Below, piece after piece: positions 1-10,222 of a stretch of DNA of 64,000 bases (positions within the stretch are counted from its first letter, which is position 1; every line of letters starts with the position of its first letter). Both the position numbers and the translations under genes were made by a program. This stretch comes from an uncultured Alphaproteobacteria bacterium (GTDB lineage: Bacteria; Pseudomonadota; Alphaproteobacteria; Rs-D84): the NCBI GenBank assembly GCA_949878575.1, contig CATLAX010000001.1, positions 99,214-163,213 of the forward strand. Direction: 5' to 3'. The notes under the pieces were generated by a model. It was not told the DNA's origin. It did no database searches and was given only the letters and a program-made list of their open reading frames with translations.

Positions 1-52
1 GAAATAAGCGTGATTTTATGATAAAATATGTAAAAAGAACGGGGGAACATAC

Positions 53-451
53 ATGAAAAAAACAATTGTTGCCATAATGTGCATGACATGCGGCGGGGCG
101 TTCGCCATGAACGAAACGGCGGATATGCTGCGCCGGTGCGAAGGGGTGAATATAACAAACGCGGACAATTACGTGCTGAAATGCGGGCGGGATGAAAAAA
201 TAATGCGGGTAATCCGCGACGGGGCGCCACAGTTTTTTGTGGCGGATAACTGTGGCGATGTGCGCGGATCTTTTCTGGATTCCATCCCAGACAATACGGA
301 TTACGTATACGTAAATGTTGTAAAAAACTCGCCCGATACCAGATACGCGGACCAGACATGCTATCGCTTTGTTACGGAAAAGGACGAACGGCGCGACGGT
401 TTTTATGCCGTAGAGGTCTGTGAATACGAACGGGCGGACTATTATCTGTAA
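53..451 (+). CDS. hypothetical exported protein
   Basis: 132 aa ORF, RBS-like GGGGGA, signal peptide MKKTIVAIMCMTCGGAFA, several Cys. Confidence 0.7.
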   Translation: MKKTIVAIMCMTCGGAFAMNETADMLRRCEGVNITNADNYVLKCGRDEKIMRVIRDGAPQFFVADNCGDVRGSFLDSIPDNTDYVYVNVVKNSPDTRYADQTCYRFVTEKDERRDGFYAVEVCEYERADYYL

Positions 452-484
452 AAAACATAAATAACACATGGTTTATAATTAAAT

Positions 485-937
485 ATGGAGAGAAAAATGA
501 TTGACTATAATGCAACATTAAAGATTTTCTTTAACGAGGTTGTAAAATATTTGGAATCTTTGCGTAAAAAGGCAAAGGATGATGTTTGCGCCAACAGAAT
601 TACGGCGGCAATAGACATTGTGGGCCGTATCGCCAAAGACCCGAAAAAGTATTCGTCTTATTCTGTGCGTTGCAAGGACGGGATAGAAAACATGGATGTG
701 GGCGAGGCGTTTATTCCGGCCGGAACGAATGACAACCGTGTGTTTTTGTCTTATTCCGCCGTTGTTAATTCCATGGGTGATTTAAATTCGCCGAATGATT
801 TCCAACGTGCAGAGGCGCAGAAAAAACTGTTGAATGCGATGAAATCCGTGAAATACAGAAATTCAACCAGTGTTTTAAAAGATTTCACATTCCCGTTCAA
901 ATCCGCGGAAAGTTTTGCGGTTAAGCGCGAACGTTAA
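485..937 (+). CDS. hypothetical protein
   Basis: 150 aa ORF ending just before a terminator; no recognisable motif. Confidence 0.7.
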   Translation: MERKMIDYNATLKIFFNEVVKYLESLRKKAKDDVCANRITAAIDIVGRIAKDPKKYSSYSVRCKDGIENMDVGEAFIPAGTNDNRVFLSYSAVVNSMGDLNSPNDFQRAEAQKKLLNAMKSVKYRNSTSVLKDFTFPFKSAESFAVKRER

Positions 938-940
938 CAA

Positions 941-968
941 TAAAAAACGCCCGTGCGGGCGTTTTTTA
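941..968. terminator. bidirectional intrinsic terminator
   Basis: TAAAAAACGCCCG-TG-CGGGCGTTTTTTA inverted repeat with A/T tracts between convergent genes. Confidence 0.85.
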
Positions 969-1874
969 CATTTTGGAATTCAGATATGCAATCGCGTCCA
1001 TCCCGGCCGTGCATCCCGTGCCGACGGCGGTGGCAATCTGCATCTTTATCCCGGATTCCACGTCGCCTGCAACAAACATTCCCGCCGGCAGTGCGTTTGG
1101 CGCCAGGCGGCCCATATTGTCGCGGGCGACGTCTTCTGTTAGATAGTCCGTGTTCGCCTCGTGCCCGATGGCGACGAACAGGCCGTCTGTGACAATTTCC
1201 GCGCCGTCCGTTGTTGTGACGACCAGTCTGTCGTCCGCCGTGGCCGCTATCTTTTTCAGGTCCGTGTTGAACAGGCATTCTATGTTTTCACGTTCCGCAA
1301 CACGGTTGCGAAGAACCGCCTCTGCCCGGGTAAACGCGCCCTTGCGGTAAATGATTTTGACGTTTTTCGCCAAATCGGCCAAATACAGCGCATCGTTTAG
1401 CGCACTGTTGCCGCCGCCCAGGACAATAACGTCCTTTTCATGATAAAAGAATCCGTCGCATGTCGCGCAGTACGACACGCCGCGGCCCATTAGTTCGCGC
1501 GCCCCTTCTATTTCCAGGCGGCGCGGGGATGCGCCGGTTGCGATTATGACCGTTCGCCCGACATAGCGGCGATCATCGTCGCACAGTACGTTAAATCCGC
1601 CATCCGCGTCGCCGGATATTGTCTTGGCGGATTTAAACACAACCTCTGCCCCGAATGTTTCCGCCTGTTTTTTCATAAATTCGGCCAGTTCGGCGCCACT
1701 GCCGGCCCATCCGGGATAGTTTTCCAATGTGGCTATGCCGGCCGTCTGGCCGCCCAGGGTGGGGCCGCCCAGAACAATCGTTTTTTTGTTTGCGCGCGCG
1801 GCATACAGCGCCGCCGTCAATCCGGCCGGGCCGGAACCTAAGATAATAACGTCGTACATGACAATGTCATTCAT
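966..1874 (-). CDS. trxB: thioredoxin-disulfide reductase
   Basis: GSGPAG FAD motif, GVSYCATCDG active site, GGGNSA NADPH motif; start taken at MNDIVMYD. Confidence 0.95.
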   Translation of the reverse strand: MNDIVMYDVIILGSGPAGLTAALYAARANKKTIVLGGPTLGGQTAGIATLENYPGWAGSGAELAEFMKKQAETFGAEVVFKSAKTISGDADGGFNVLCDDDRRYVGRTVIIATGASPRRLEIEGARELMGRGVSYCATCDGFFYHEKDVIVLGGGNSALNDALYLADLAKNVKIIYRKGAFTRAEAVLRNRVAERENIECLFNTDLKKIAATADDRLVVTTTDGAEIVTDGLFVAIGHEANTDYLTEDVARDNMGRLAPNALPAGMFVAGDVESGIKMQIATAVGTGCTAGMDAIAYLNSKM

Positions 1875-2003
1875 GGTCTGTTTCCTTTCGTTTCCATGTT
1901 CATATCGGGGCCAGCATAACACACGTCGGGTATATGTGCAAATGCATTTTATAATTGCGAATTGCGGCACGCGATACTATGATGATGCAAAAGAGGAATA
2001 ATT

Positions 2004-3281
2004 ATGCTGGATATCAGATTTATACGGGAAAATCCGGATGTGGTAAAAAACGCCTGCAGGGTTAAGGGTTTTGACGACGTCGTGGACGACATAATCGCGC
2101 TGGATGTGCGCGTGCGTGAATTAAAAACATTGACGCAGACGAAAACGGCGGAAAAGAACAGAATTACGCGTGAAATACCCGCCGCAGCGGACAAGGCGCC
2201 GCTGATTGCGGCATCAAAAAAGATAGGCCAGGAAATAGCGGATGAAATGGCGGAGCTGGCGGATAAAGAGGCCGTGCTGACCGATTTGATGCACCGCGTT
2301 CCCCAGATTCCGGCGGCAGACGCACCCATTGGCCTTGATGACAGCGACAATGTGGAGGTGCGGCGCGTCGGCGATATTCGCACGTTTGATTTCACGCCCC
2401 GCGCCCAGTGGGATTTGCTGGATATGAACGGATGGTGGGCGCCGGAAAAAATCGCCGGCATATGCGGCGCGCGCACATACGCCCTGATGGGTGAGGCGGC
2501 CGAGTTACAGCTGGCTATAGAGACATATGTGATACAGAAATTAATATCAAAGGGATTTCGTTTCGTTGAATGCCCGTCAATTACAAAGCCGCAGACCATT
2601 TTCAATGCAGGGCATTTTATGGGGGCGGACCTGTCCGTAATGAATGACGATGTGTTCATGCTGGCCGGGACTGACCGGTGCCTGGCCGGGACGGCCGAGA
2701 TTGTGCTAAACTCTCTGCATTCGGGCGAGGTTTTGAATGAACGCGAACTGCCGATAAAATATGCGGGTTTTTCGCCGTGCTTTCGCAAAGAGGCCGGCGC
2801 GGCCGGTCGCGATACGCGCGGCCTGGTGCGGTTTCATCAGTTTAACAAGGTGGAACAGTATGTTTTCTGCACCCCGGACCAGTCCGATGAAATGCATGAA
2901 CATTTGTTAAACAATCTGTGCGAGATTATGGAGGATTTGGAACTGCCGTATCGTGTGATTGCAAACTGTACCGGCGACATGGGATTTAACAAGGTAAAGA
3001 TGAATGATGTTGAGGCCTGGATTCCCAGCGAGGGGGTGTACCGCGAACTGGGCAGCTGTTCTTCCGTCGGCCAGTTTCAGGCACGCCGCACAAACACACG
3101 TTACCGCGGGGGCGACGGTGCGCTGCATTTTTGCGCGACGCTAAACAACACCGGCATCGCGGTGCCGCGCGCGCTGGTGCCGGTGCTGGAAAACCATCAG
3201 AATGCGGACGGCAGTGTAAACATACCAAAAAAACTGCAACCGCTGATGGGCGGGCGTACAAAGATAGGCGGCCGGCATTAA
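2004..3281 (+). CDS. serS: serine--tRNA ligase
   Basis: MLDIRFIRENPD N-terminus, GTAE, FRKEAGAAGRDTRGLVRFHQFNKVE, ELGSCS, TLNNT. Confidence 0.97.
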   Translation: MLDIRFIRENPDVVKNACRVKGFDDVVDDIIALDVRVRELKTLTQTKTAEKNRITREIPAAADKAPLIAASKKIGQEIADEMAELADKEAVLTDLMHRVPQIPAADAPIGLDDSDNVEVRRVGDIRTFDFTPRAQWDLLDMNGWWAPEKIAGICGARTYALMGEAAELQLAIETYVIQKLISKGFRFVECPSITKPQTIFNAGHFMGADLSVMNDDVFMLAGTDRCLAGTAEIVLNSLHSGEVLNERELPIKYAGFSPCFRKEAGAAGRDTRGLVRFHQFNKVEQYVFCTPDQSDEMHEHLLNNLCEIMEDLELPYRVIANCTGDMGFNKVKMNDVEAWIPSEGVYRELGSCSSVGQFQARRTNTRYRGGDGALHFCATLNNTGIAVPRALVPVLENHQNADGSVNIPKKLQPLMGGRTKIGGRH

Positions 3282-3311
3282 AAATCCCCCGGACGGGGGA
3301 TTTATTTTTTT
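3281..3311. terminator. intrinsic terminator
   Basis: AAATCCCCCG-GA-CGGGGGATTT followed by a T tract, between convergent genes. Confidence 0.8.
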
Positions 3312-3805
3312 GTGAAATGCTTTTTCAGCACTTCGTACGCGGCGGTGATGCGGGTAAATTCCGCGGCGGCGTTTTCCTTGTCCGCGGCGGTGTCCGGATG
3401 GTGTTGTTTGGCCAGCGCGCGGTACCGCACACCGCATTCGCGCCATGATGCGTTGTGGGTCAGCCCCAGTGTCTTTAACGCGGACAGAACGGGTCCCGGT
3501 GTTTTTGACGGGGCGGGGCGCCGGTCAAACGCGGCCCGGCCCGTTATAAAGTCGTTTATAAATTTTGCATAATCCGCCGCATCCGCGTTTGCGGATTTGG
3601 TGTCGCGCAACGGTGCGCCGAATGTTTCGCGTTCCCATTCCGCCTCTATCTCGTCCGGGGTCATGTCGGCGTAAAAGTTCCAGTTCTTGTTATATTCTGC
3701 CGCGTGTTCCCGGCAGAAAAACCAGTATTCCTTTAAGTCGCGCGATTTCGGCGCGCGGCATGTTCCGGCGCGCGTGCAGCCGGCATGGTCGCATTTTTTT
3801 ATCAT
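3302..3805 (-). CDS. DnaJ-domain protein with N-terminal Cys/His motif (alphaproteobacterial type)
   Basis: C-terminal J domain (YRALAKQHHPD), N-terminal CDHAGC...FCREHAAEYNKNWNFY; start at MIKKC. Confidence 0.85.
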   Translation of the reverse strand: MIKKCDHAGCTRAGTCRAPKSRDLKEYWFFCREHAAEYNKNWNFYADMTPDEIEAEWERETFGAPLRDTKSANADAADYAKFINDFITGRAAFDRRPAPSKTPGPVLSALKTLGLTHNASWRECGVRYRALAKQHHPDTAADKENAAAEFTRITAAYEVLKKHFTKK

Positions 3806-4671
3806 TGTTCGTTCCCGGTGTGTTTCTGGCCCAGCGGATGGCACGTCTCCACTGTTTCGCGCAGGCGCGCATCCGCCACATGGGTGTATATTTGTGTCGT
3901 TGCTATATCCTCGTGTCCCAGCATTGTCTGTATCGCGCGCAGATTGGCCCCGCCCGCCAGCAGGTGCGATGCAAAAGAATGGCGCAGGACGTGCGGCGAC
4001 ACGCGCTGGGGCGATATTCCGGACAGCACCGCGCATTTTTTTAAAATTTTAAAAAATCCGTCGCGTGTTATGTGGCCCGTTTTGCTGCATGTGGGGAAAA
4101 CGTATTTTGAATCCGTGTCGCCGCGCGCCGCCATCCATCGCGCCAGTGCGGCGGCCGCGCCCGCATGCATCGGCACGATGCGTTCTTTGGCGCCTTTGCC
4201 GTGAATCAGCAGACGGTCGCCCAAAATAGCGGACACCGGCAAAGAACACAATTCCGTCACGCGCAGGCCGGACGCGTATACCAGTTCCAGCATTGCGCGC
4301 AGGCGCGTCGCGTGCCGCGTGTCGCCGGCGGATGATATTAACAGCTCTATTTCGTCCACCGTCAGCAGCTTTGGCAGGCGGGCCGCGCGCTTTGGCGTTT
4401 CCAGTTCCGCGGCCGGGTTTTCCGTGATGATTTTTTCCAGCATTAAAAACTTGTAAAATCCGCGCAGGGTGCTGGCCTTGCGGGCGACGGACGTCGCCTT
4501 GTCCGGCAGCGACGCCAGATATTGCGCCAGCGCCGCCGCATCCGCACCCATCAGCCCCGCCGGCAGCGCCGCGTCCGCCGCGCGCAGATCAGACGCGTAC
4601 GCCGCCAGAGTGTTTGCGGCGCGCCCGCGTTCGGCGGCCATGGCCTCCAAATATCTGTCTATATGGTTCAT
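3802..4671 (-). CDS. xerD: site-specific tyrosine recombinase XerD
   Basis: NTLAAYASDL, YASGLRVTEL, GKGAKER, SPHVLRHSFASHLL, LGHEDIATTQIYTHV. Confidence 0.9.
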   Translation of the reverse strand: MNHIDRYLEAMAAERGRAANTLAAYASDLRAADAALPAGLMGADAAALAQYLASLPDKATSVARKASTLRGFYKFLMLEKIITENPAAELETPKRAARLPKLLTVDEIELLISSAGDTRHATRLRAMLELVYASGLRVTELCSLPVSAILGDRLLIHGKGAKERIVPMHAGAAAALARWMAARGDTDSKYVFPTCSKTGHITRDGFFKILKKCAVLSGISPQRVSPHVLRHSFASHLLAGGANLRAIQTMLGHEDIATTQIYTHVADARLRETVETCHPLGQKHTGNEQ

Positions 4672-4805
4672 GGATACAAAACTATTTCCGTTACGTTCTG
4701 TGCCGGCGGGAACGATATTAGCATCAGTGCCACAATCGCGATAACAATGGCGGCGATAATGATTCTGTTGCGAATCCGGCTGTTTCTTTTTTTCTTTATA
4801 GGCAT
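4668..4805 (-). CDS. small single-TM protein
   Basis: MPIKKKRNSRIRNRIIIAAIVIAIVALMLISFPPAQ..., stop overlaps the xerD start. Confidence 0.65.
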   Translation of the reverse strand: MPIKKKRNSRIRNRIIIAAIVIAIVALMLISFPPAQNVTEIVLYP

Positions 4806-4836
4806 GAATGTCCCCCGGTTTGTCTGTCGTTGTGTT

Positions 4837-5895
4837 TTATATTGTGTCAAAACTGGCGATGAATGCGCCGGCCGCCGCTATTATAATTATCGGCGGCGCC
4901 ACCACCGCCAGCAACGGCGGCAGCGCGCCCGTGGCCCCCAGTGCGCTGAACATGTTCAACAGGAAATACAGTGCAAAGCATGTAATGATGCCCATGCCGA
5001 ATTTTACGCTGAACGAATAGTTGCGGCGCTGGCGCGTCTGGGAAAACGCCACCCCCAGCGCCGCCATCGCAATCATGGTCAGCGGCAGGAACAGCAGTGT
5101 CCAGAACTGAACCAGGTGCCCGCGGACGGGGACGCCGATGTCGCTCATTTTCTCAATAAACCCGGGCAGGTGCCAGAATGAAATCTGATCCGGCTGCAGA
5201 TACCTGTCCAAAACGTTTTTTGGGTTTAACAGGCTGGGGCTGTGCCACGGTTTTTCCCGCATGCGGCCCGTGTCGTCCCATACGCGCGCGCGCGGCGTGT
5301 CCAGGCCGTCGTCTGACAGTGTTATTTCGTCCGCCGATACGCGCTGTGTTATTTTAAAGTTTGAATTTTGCACGTACAGCGATGCATTCTCAAACACCAG
5401 GGCGTCTTTTGACACGTGCATTTCCGTCGCCTTCATCGTGATGAATCCGGCGGGCGACGCCTCGCGCAGCCAGATGGCACTGTCAACCAGTTTCAACTGG
5501 GACGCGGACAGGTTCCGCGTGCTTAGGTTTACAGAGTACGGGTTTACAACGGTTGTTGCAAGCACGCCTATTATCGCCGCGCCCAGCAGCAAAGGGCGCG
5601 CCGCCTGGTACGGGGACAGACCCGCGCTGGATACAATTATGCTTTCCGTGGATTTTGTAAGGTTATAGGATGCCAGCAGTGTTCCCATAAACACTGCCAT
5701 CGGCAGAAACAGCGGAACGTATTCCAACAGGCGCATCCACGCATCTGCCAGCGTTGCCGCCGCCGTCGGGTTCGCCGGCAGACGCTCAACAAACGTCACG
5801 GCCAAAATGATGCCGCACACCACCAGCATTACCAGGCCCACGCCGGAGAAAAATCGGCGCATTAAAAATCTGTTTAAAATAGTGAACCTAAACAT
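4837..5895 (-). CDS. lptG: LPS export permease, LptF/LptG family
   Basis: 3 TM - periplasmic beta domain (AIWLRE) - 3 TM; ESIIVSSAGLS motif. Confidence 0.75.
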   Translation of the reverse strand: MFRFTILNRFLMRRFFSGVGLVMLVVCGIILAVTFVERLPANPTAAATLADAWMRLLEYVPLFLPMAVFMGTLLASYNLTKSTESIIVSSAGLSPYQAARPLLLGAAIIGVLATTVVNPYSVNLSTRNLSASQLKLVDSAIWLREASPAGFITMKATEMHVSKDALVFENASLYVQNSNFKITQRVSADEITLSDDGLDTPRARVWDDTGRMREKPWHSPSLLNPKNVLDRYLQPDQISFWHLPGFIEKMSDIGVPVRGHLVQFWTLLFLPLTMIAMAALGVAFSQTRQRRNYSFSVKFGMGIITCFALYFLLNMFSALGATGALPPLLAVVAPPIIIIAAAGAFIASFDTI

Positions 5896-5979
5896 GAATT
5901 TAAGTATATATCCTATAATTGATAATTGCAAAATTAAAATTAATGCTTATAATTCCGGTAAAAATAACAGGAAAGCGAC

Positions 5980-6450
5980 ATGGAAAAGAAACCGATTTCA
6001 CGCGCGGGGTTTGACGCGCTGATAAAAGAATTAAAAGATTTGAAAGAGGTGCAGCGGCCGGAAATTCTGAAAACAGTCCAGTGGGCGCGCAGTCTGGGTG
6101 ATTTGTCTGAAAACGCGGATTACAGCGCGGCCAAGGAAAAACAGCGCCAGATTGACAAGCGGATACAGTTTATAGAGGGCGTTATCGGAAACGCCGATGT
6201 TATTGACATAGACAGCCTGACCGGAAACCGCGTCGTGTTCGGCGCCAAGGTGGTTGCGGAAGACGATGACGGAAACAGGATGCAATGCCGCATATTGTCG
6301 GATATAGAATCCGACGGGCGCGCCGTCATATCTTGTACGTCGCCGGTTGGGCGGGCATTAATCGGCCGGTGTGTCGGCGACACGTGCGTGGTGCGCCTGC
6401 CGGGCGGTGAAAAGGAATACGAGATACTGTCCGTAACGTTTAAGGATTAA
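5980..6450 (+). CDS. greA: transcription elongation factor GreA
   Basis: GDLSENADYSAAKEKQ, VVFGAKV, ISCTSPVGRALIG. Confidence 0.93.
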   Translation: MEKKPISRAGFDALIKELKDLKEVQRPEILKTVQWARSLGDLSENADYSAAKEKQRQIDKRIQFIEGVIGNADVIDIDSLTGNRVVFGAKVVAEDDDGNRMQCRILSDIESDGRAVISCTSPVGRALIGRCVGDTCVVRLPGGEKEYEILSVTFKD

Positions 6451-6456
6451 GCCGCG

Positions 6457-8238
6457 ATGCCTGTTCGCGTTCTGCCGGAATTTTTAATAAATCAAATCGC
6501 CGCCGGCGAGGTGGTGGAACGTCCCGCGTCCGTGGTAAAGGAACTGGTTGAAAACGCGCTGGACGCGGGTGCGGATGAAATTGTGGTGGATGTCACAGAC
6601 GGCGGCCGCACGATGATTTGTGTGACTGACAACGGCGCCGGGATGACGCGCGATGATTTGCAGACGGCGATAACGCGGCATGCTACGTCAAAGCTGCCGG
6701 ATGACGATTTGCTGAATATAAACTTTATGGGTTTCCGGGGCGAGGCGCTGCCGTCAATCGCGTCCGTGTCAGACATGACGATTGACACGTGCCGCGCGGG
6801 TGATGAAAACGGGTGGCAGATTGACGCCACAACCGGGCAAGTGCGGCCCAGTGCGTGGGATGCCGGCACGCGGGTGCGCGTGATGAACCTGTTTGGAAAA
6901 ACGCCGGCGCGGTTAAAGTTTCTGCGGGCCGACCGTGCGGAAATGGCCGGCGTGCTGGAGGTTGTAAAGCGTCTGGCAATGGCGCGGCCCGATGTGGGGT
7001 TCACGCTGAACGACAAATGGCGGTTTCCCCGCAATCAGGATTTAGAGGCGCGCATTGCGGACGTTATGGGCGGCGATGTGCGCGGCGCGATGCTGCGTGT
7101 TGACGCGGTCAGCGTCACGGATGCGTCAATGCGGCTGACCGGGTTTATATCGCGGCCGACACTGCGCCGCGCGTCCGGTATTGACCAGTTTTTGTTTGTA
7201 AACGGCCGCCCGGTAAAGGACAAGGTTTTGGTCGGCGCGCTGCGCGCCGCATACATGGATGTAATGCATGCGCGGGAATTTCCGTTGTGCGCGCTGCATT
7301 TAACGCTGAATCCGCGCAATGTTGATGTAAACGTTTCGCCCGCCAAGACAGAGGTGCATTTTTTAGAACCCGCACATGTGCGCGCGTTTATTATAAAGAC
7401 ACTGCGCACGCGTCTGGCGGAAACAATGAACGCGGCGGCCGCGGCGGCCCCGTGTGATGTGCCGGCCGCGCCTGTTCAACAGATGCTGCGGCCGCGTACG
7501 GATTTTGGATTGCGCCCGGCGGTGCCGCCGTCCATGATGCGCGTGTGTTCACCGGCGGCGCGTGATGCGGGCGGCGGGATGTTTGCCGCGTTTGACGCGC
7601 CGCGCGATGTTGCATCCGGCGGCCCTGCGCCCGTCCGGGCGGCGGATGTGCCGGCCGGCGACATTTTTGACGAGCTGCCGCTGGGGCGGGCCATAGGCCA
7701 GTTTGGAAACAAATACATAATCGCGGCACGCGGGGACGATTTGATAATTGTTGACCAGCATGCGGCGCATGAACGGATAACATACGAACGCCTGCGCACG
7801 CATGCGGTAAAGGTGCAGCCGCTGCTGACCCCGATTGTTGTGACACTGCGGCCGGAAGATGTCGCCGCCGTGACAGAGGTTGCGGACGAGCTGCGCGCAT
7901 GCGGGCTGCATCTGGATGAATTCGGCGTGGATGCGGTTGCAATATCCGCGCGCCCGGCGGACTGGGATTTGGACTGGGCGGCGGCGCTGCACGCCATCGC
8001 GGACGAGGTGCGCGTGCGCGGCACGTCGGTTCAACTGCACGAAAGGCTGCATTTAAAGCTGGCCAACTTTGCGTGCCATCACAGCGTGCGCGCCGGACAA
8101 AGGCTGAATATTGACAGTATGAACGCGCTGCTGCGCGATATAGAGCGCGTGCCGCGCGCCGCCCAGTGCAATCACGGACGCCCTGTTTACAAAGTGATTC
8201 CGATGCACGAAATTGACGGTTGGTTTGAGCGAGCCTGA
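6457..8238 (+). CDS. mutL: DNA mismatch repair endonuclease MutL
   Basis: NQIAAGEVVERPASVVKELVENALDAGA, GFRGEAL, DQHAAHERITYE, CNHGRP. Confidence 0.97.
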   Translation: MPVRVLPEFLINQIAAGEVVERPASVVKELVENALDAGADEIVVDVTDGGRTMICVTDNGAGMTRDDLQTAITRHATSKLPDDDLLNINFMGFRGEALPSIASVSDMTIDTCRAGDENGWQIDATTGQVRPSAWDAGTRVRVMNLFGKTPARLKFLRADRAEMAGVLEVVKRLAMARPDVGFTLNDKWRFPRNQDLEARIADVMGGDVRGAMLRVDAVSVTDASMRLTGFISRPTLRRASGIDQFLFVNGRPVKDKVLVGALRAAYMDVMHAREFPLCALHLTLNPRNVDVNVSPAKTEVHFLEPAHVRAFIIKTLRTRLAETMNAAAAAAPCDVPAAPVQQMLRPRTDFGLRPAVPPSMMRVCSPAARDAGGGMFAAFDAPRDVASGGPAPVRAADVPAGDIFDELPLGRAIGQFGNKYIIAARGDDLIIVDQHAAHERITYERLRTHAVKVQPLLTPIVVTLRPEDVAAVTEVADELRACGLHLDEFGVDAVAISARPADWDLDWAAALHAIADEVRVRGTSVQLHERLHLKLANFACHHSVRAGQRLNIDSMNALLRDIERVPRAAQCNHGRPVYKVIPMHEIDGWFERA

Positions 8239-8309
8239 TTTTAACTATTTCCTTTACACCAGCGCCTTTTTTTTCTATTCTGATGCCATAAAAGATAAGG
8301 AGATTTCAA

Positions 8310-8615
8310 ATGGAAGCTGAAAATATTGCCGTTGTAAACGACGCCGTCGCCGCCACGCCTAAAAACGACATGTGGTTTACGCTGGGCTATCTGGTGGTTG
8401 TTTTTGCAATCATATACCTGTTTATTGTCCGTCCGAACAAGCGGCGCATGGCGGAATACAAGAAAATGCTGGATTCCATAAAGGTGGGAAACCGCATAAT
8501 GGCCGCAGGCATTTACGGCACGGTTAAAAAAGTGGGGGAGAAAACGCTGGAGGTGGAAATCGCCAAGGGCGTCGTGATAGAGGTCAGTAAAAACGCCGTG
8601 GCAAGTGTTGAATAG
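8310..8615 (+). CDS. yajC: preprotein translocase subunit YajC
   Basis: single TM then YLFIVRP, GIYGTV; directly upstream of secD. Confidence 0.92.
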   Translation: MEAENIAVVNDAVAATPKNDMWFTLGYLVVVFAIIYLFIVRPNKRRMAEYKKMLDSIKVGNRIMAAGIYGTVKKVGEKTLEVEIAKGVVIEVSKNAVASVE

Positions 8616-8646
8616 TTTCATGTGATAAAAACATAAGGGTATTGGA

Positions 8647-10200
8647 ATGTTTAAAAAGCTGGCAATAATATTTGTTGCGGTGTTCTGTGTTTTGTTGGCG
8701 GTGCCGACGATGGCGCCCGGGACTGCGAAATATTTTCCGTCGTGGGTGCGGCCGATTCCGCTGGGGCTGGATTTAAAGGGCGGCGCCCAGCTGCTGCTGG
8801 AGGTGGACACCCAGACCATGATGCGGGAAAAATCAGCGCAGCTGTACGAGGATGTGCGTGCGGCACTGATTGACCGCGACAAGGGCGTGGTGCGTTTTTC
8901 AAATCTGCGCAATTCCGACGGGGTGGTGTCTTTTGTCGTGCGTGACGAGCAAGACGTGTCGCGTGCAAAGGGCCGGTTGAAAAGCGCGCTGGGGTCGTCT
9001 GTTGACATAGATTCAGACGGGCGGACAATAACGCTGTCGTATTCGGACAAGCAAAAACAGGAAATGGTTGCCGATGCGTTGACGCGCAGCATAGAGATTG
9101 TGCGCCGTCGTATTGACGCGCTGGGCACCAAGGAACCGTCAATTCAGACACAGGGCGGAAAATACATTTTGATTCAGTTGCCCGGTGTTGACAATCCGGA
9201 ACATATAAAAGAGCTTATCGGCCAGACTGCAAAAATGACGTTCCATCTGGTTAACGAAAACATTCCGGCAGAGCAGGTGGCCGCCGGCCGCGCGCCCGCG
9301 GGTACGGAATTCCTGCCGTTGATGGACGCGCCGGGACAGATGGTGCCGGTATACACCAGGGTTGAGGTTTCCGGTGAATCCTTAAAGGATTCCCAGGCGG
9401 ATTTTGACCAGAACAACATGCCGGTGGTTTCAACCGTGTTTGATGCGACCGGTGCGCGGCGTTTTGCAAAGTTAACGACGGAACACGTCGGTGAACGCTT
9501 TGCGATTGTTTTGGACGGCAAGGTTTTGTCCGCGCCTGTTATCCGTGAACCGATTCCGGGCGGACGCGGCCAGATTTCCGGCGGATTCACTCTGCAGGGG
9601 GCAAAGGATTTGGCCGTTCTGTTGCGCAGCGGTGCGCTGCCCGCACCGTTGTCGGTGATAGAGGAAAGAACGGTCGGCGCGGGACTGGGGGCGGATACCA
9701 TCGCCCAGGGTAAAATCGGATCCGCGGTCGGCGTGTTGCTGGTTCTTATATTCATGATATTCTTTTACCGCGGTTTCGGACTGATTGCGGACATAGTGCT
9801 GCTGGTCAATTTGGCGATGATAATCGGAATATCCGCCCTGTTCGGGGCGACGCTGACCCTGCCGGGTATTGCCGGTATCGTTTTGACGCTGGGGATGGCG
9901 GTGGATGCAAACATTCTGCCGTTTGAACGAATCCGCGACGAGGTGCGCGCCGGTGTGCCAACCCTGCGTGCGGTGGATGTCGGATTCCATCGTTCAATGA
10001 AAACCGTGCTGGACGGAAATCTGACCAACCTTATCTGCAGTCTGATACTGTTCCAGTTCGGGGCGGGACCGATCCGCGGATTTGCCGTGACGCTGTCAAT
10101 CGGTGTTATTACGACGCTGTTTACATGCCTGGCGTTAAGCAAGGTCATGATTGACTGGTACATGAACGGCAAGAACAAGAAAATCGGCTATATAAAATAA
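8647..10200 (+). CDS. secD: protein translocase subunit SecD
   Basis: LGLDLKGG, RRRIDALGTKEP, LRSGALPAPL, GMAVDANIL. Confidence 0.97.
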   Translation: MFKKLAIIFVAVFCVLLAVPTMAPGTAKYFPSWVRPIPLGLDLKGGAQLLLEVDTQTMMREKSAQLYEDVRAALIDRDKGVVRFSNLRNSDGVVSFVVRDEQDVSRAKGRLKSALGSSVDIDSDGRTITLSYSDKQKQEMVADALTRSIEIVRRRIDALGTKEPSIQTQGGKYILIQLPGVDNPEHIKELIGQTAKMTFHLVNENIPAEQVAAGRAPAGTEFLPLMDAPGQMVPVYTRVEVSGESLKDSQADFDQNNMPVVSTVFDATGARRFAKLTTEHVGERFAIVLDGKVLSAPVIREPIPGGRGQISGGFTLQGAKDLAVLLRSGALPAPLSVIEERTVGAGLGADTIAQGKIGSAVGVLLVLIFMIFFYRGFGLIADIVLLVNLAMIIGISALFGATLTLPGIAGIVLTLGMAVDANILPFERIRDEVRAGVPTLRAVDVGFHRSMKTVLDGNLTNLICSLILFQFGAGPIRGFAVTLSIGVITTLFTCLALSKVMIDWYMNGKNKKIGYIK

Positions 10201-10222
10201 TGCGGTAAAAGAGGTTATTGTT

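Noticed and set aside
3802-4671. Tyrosine recombinase as a phage integrase
   Set aside because: Motifs and operon context match chromosomal XerD; no att sites or phage genes
4837-5895. Single LptF/G gene without its partner
   Set aside because: Gene order is scrambled in this genome (tatA is also separate from tatBC), so the partner may lie outside the window
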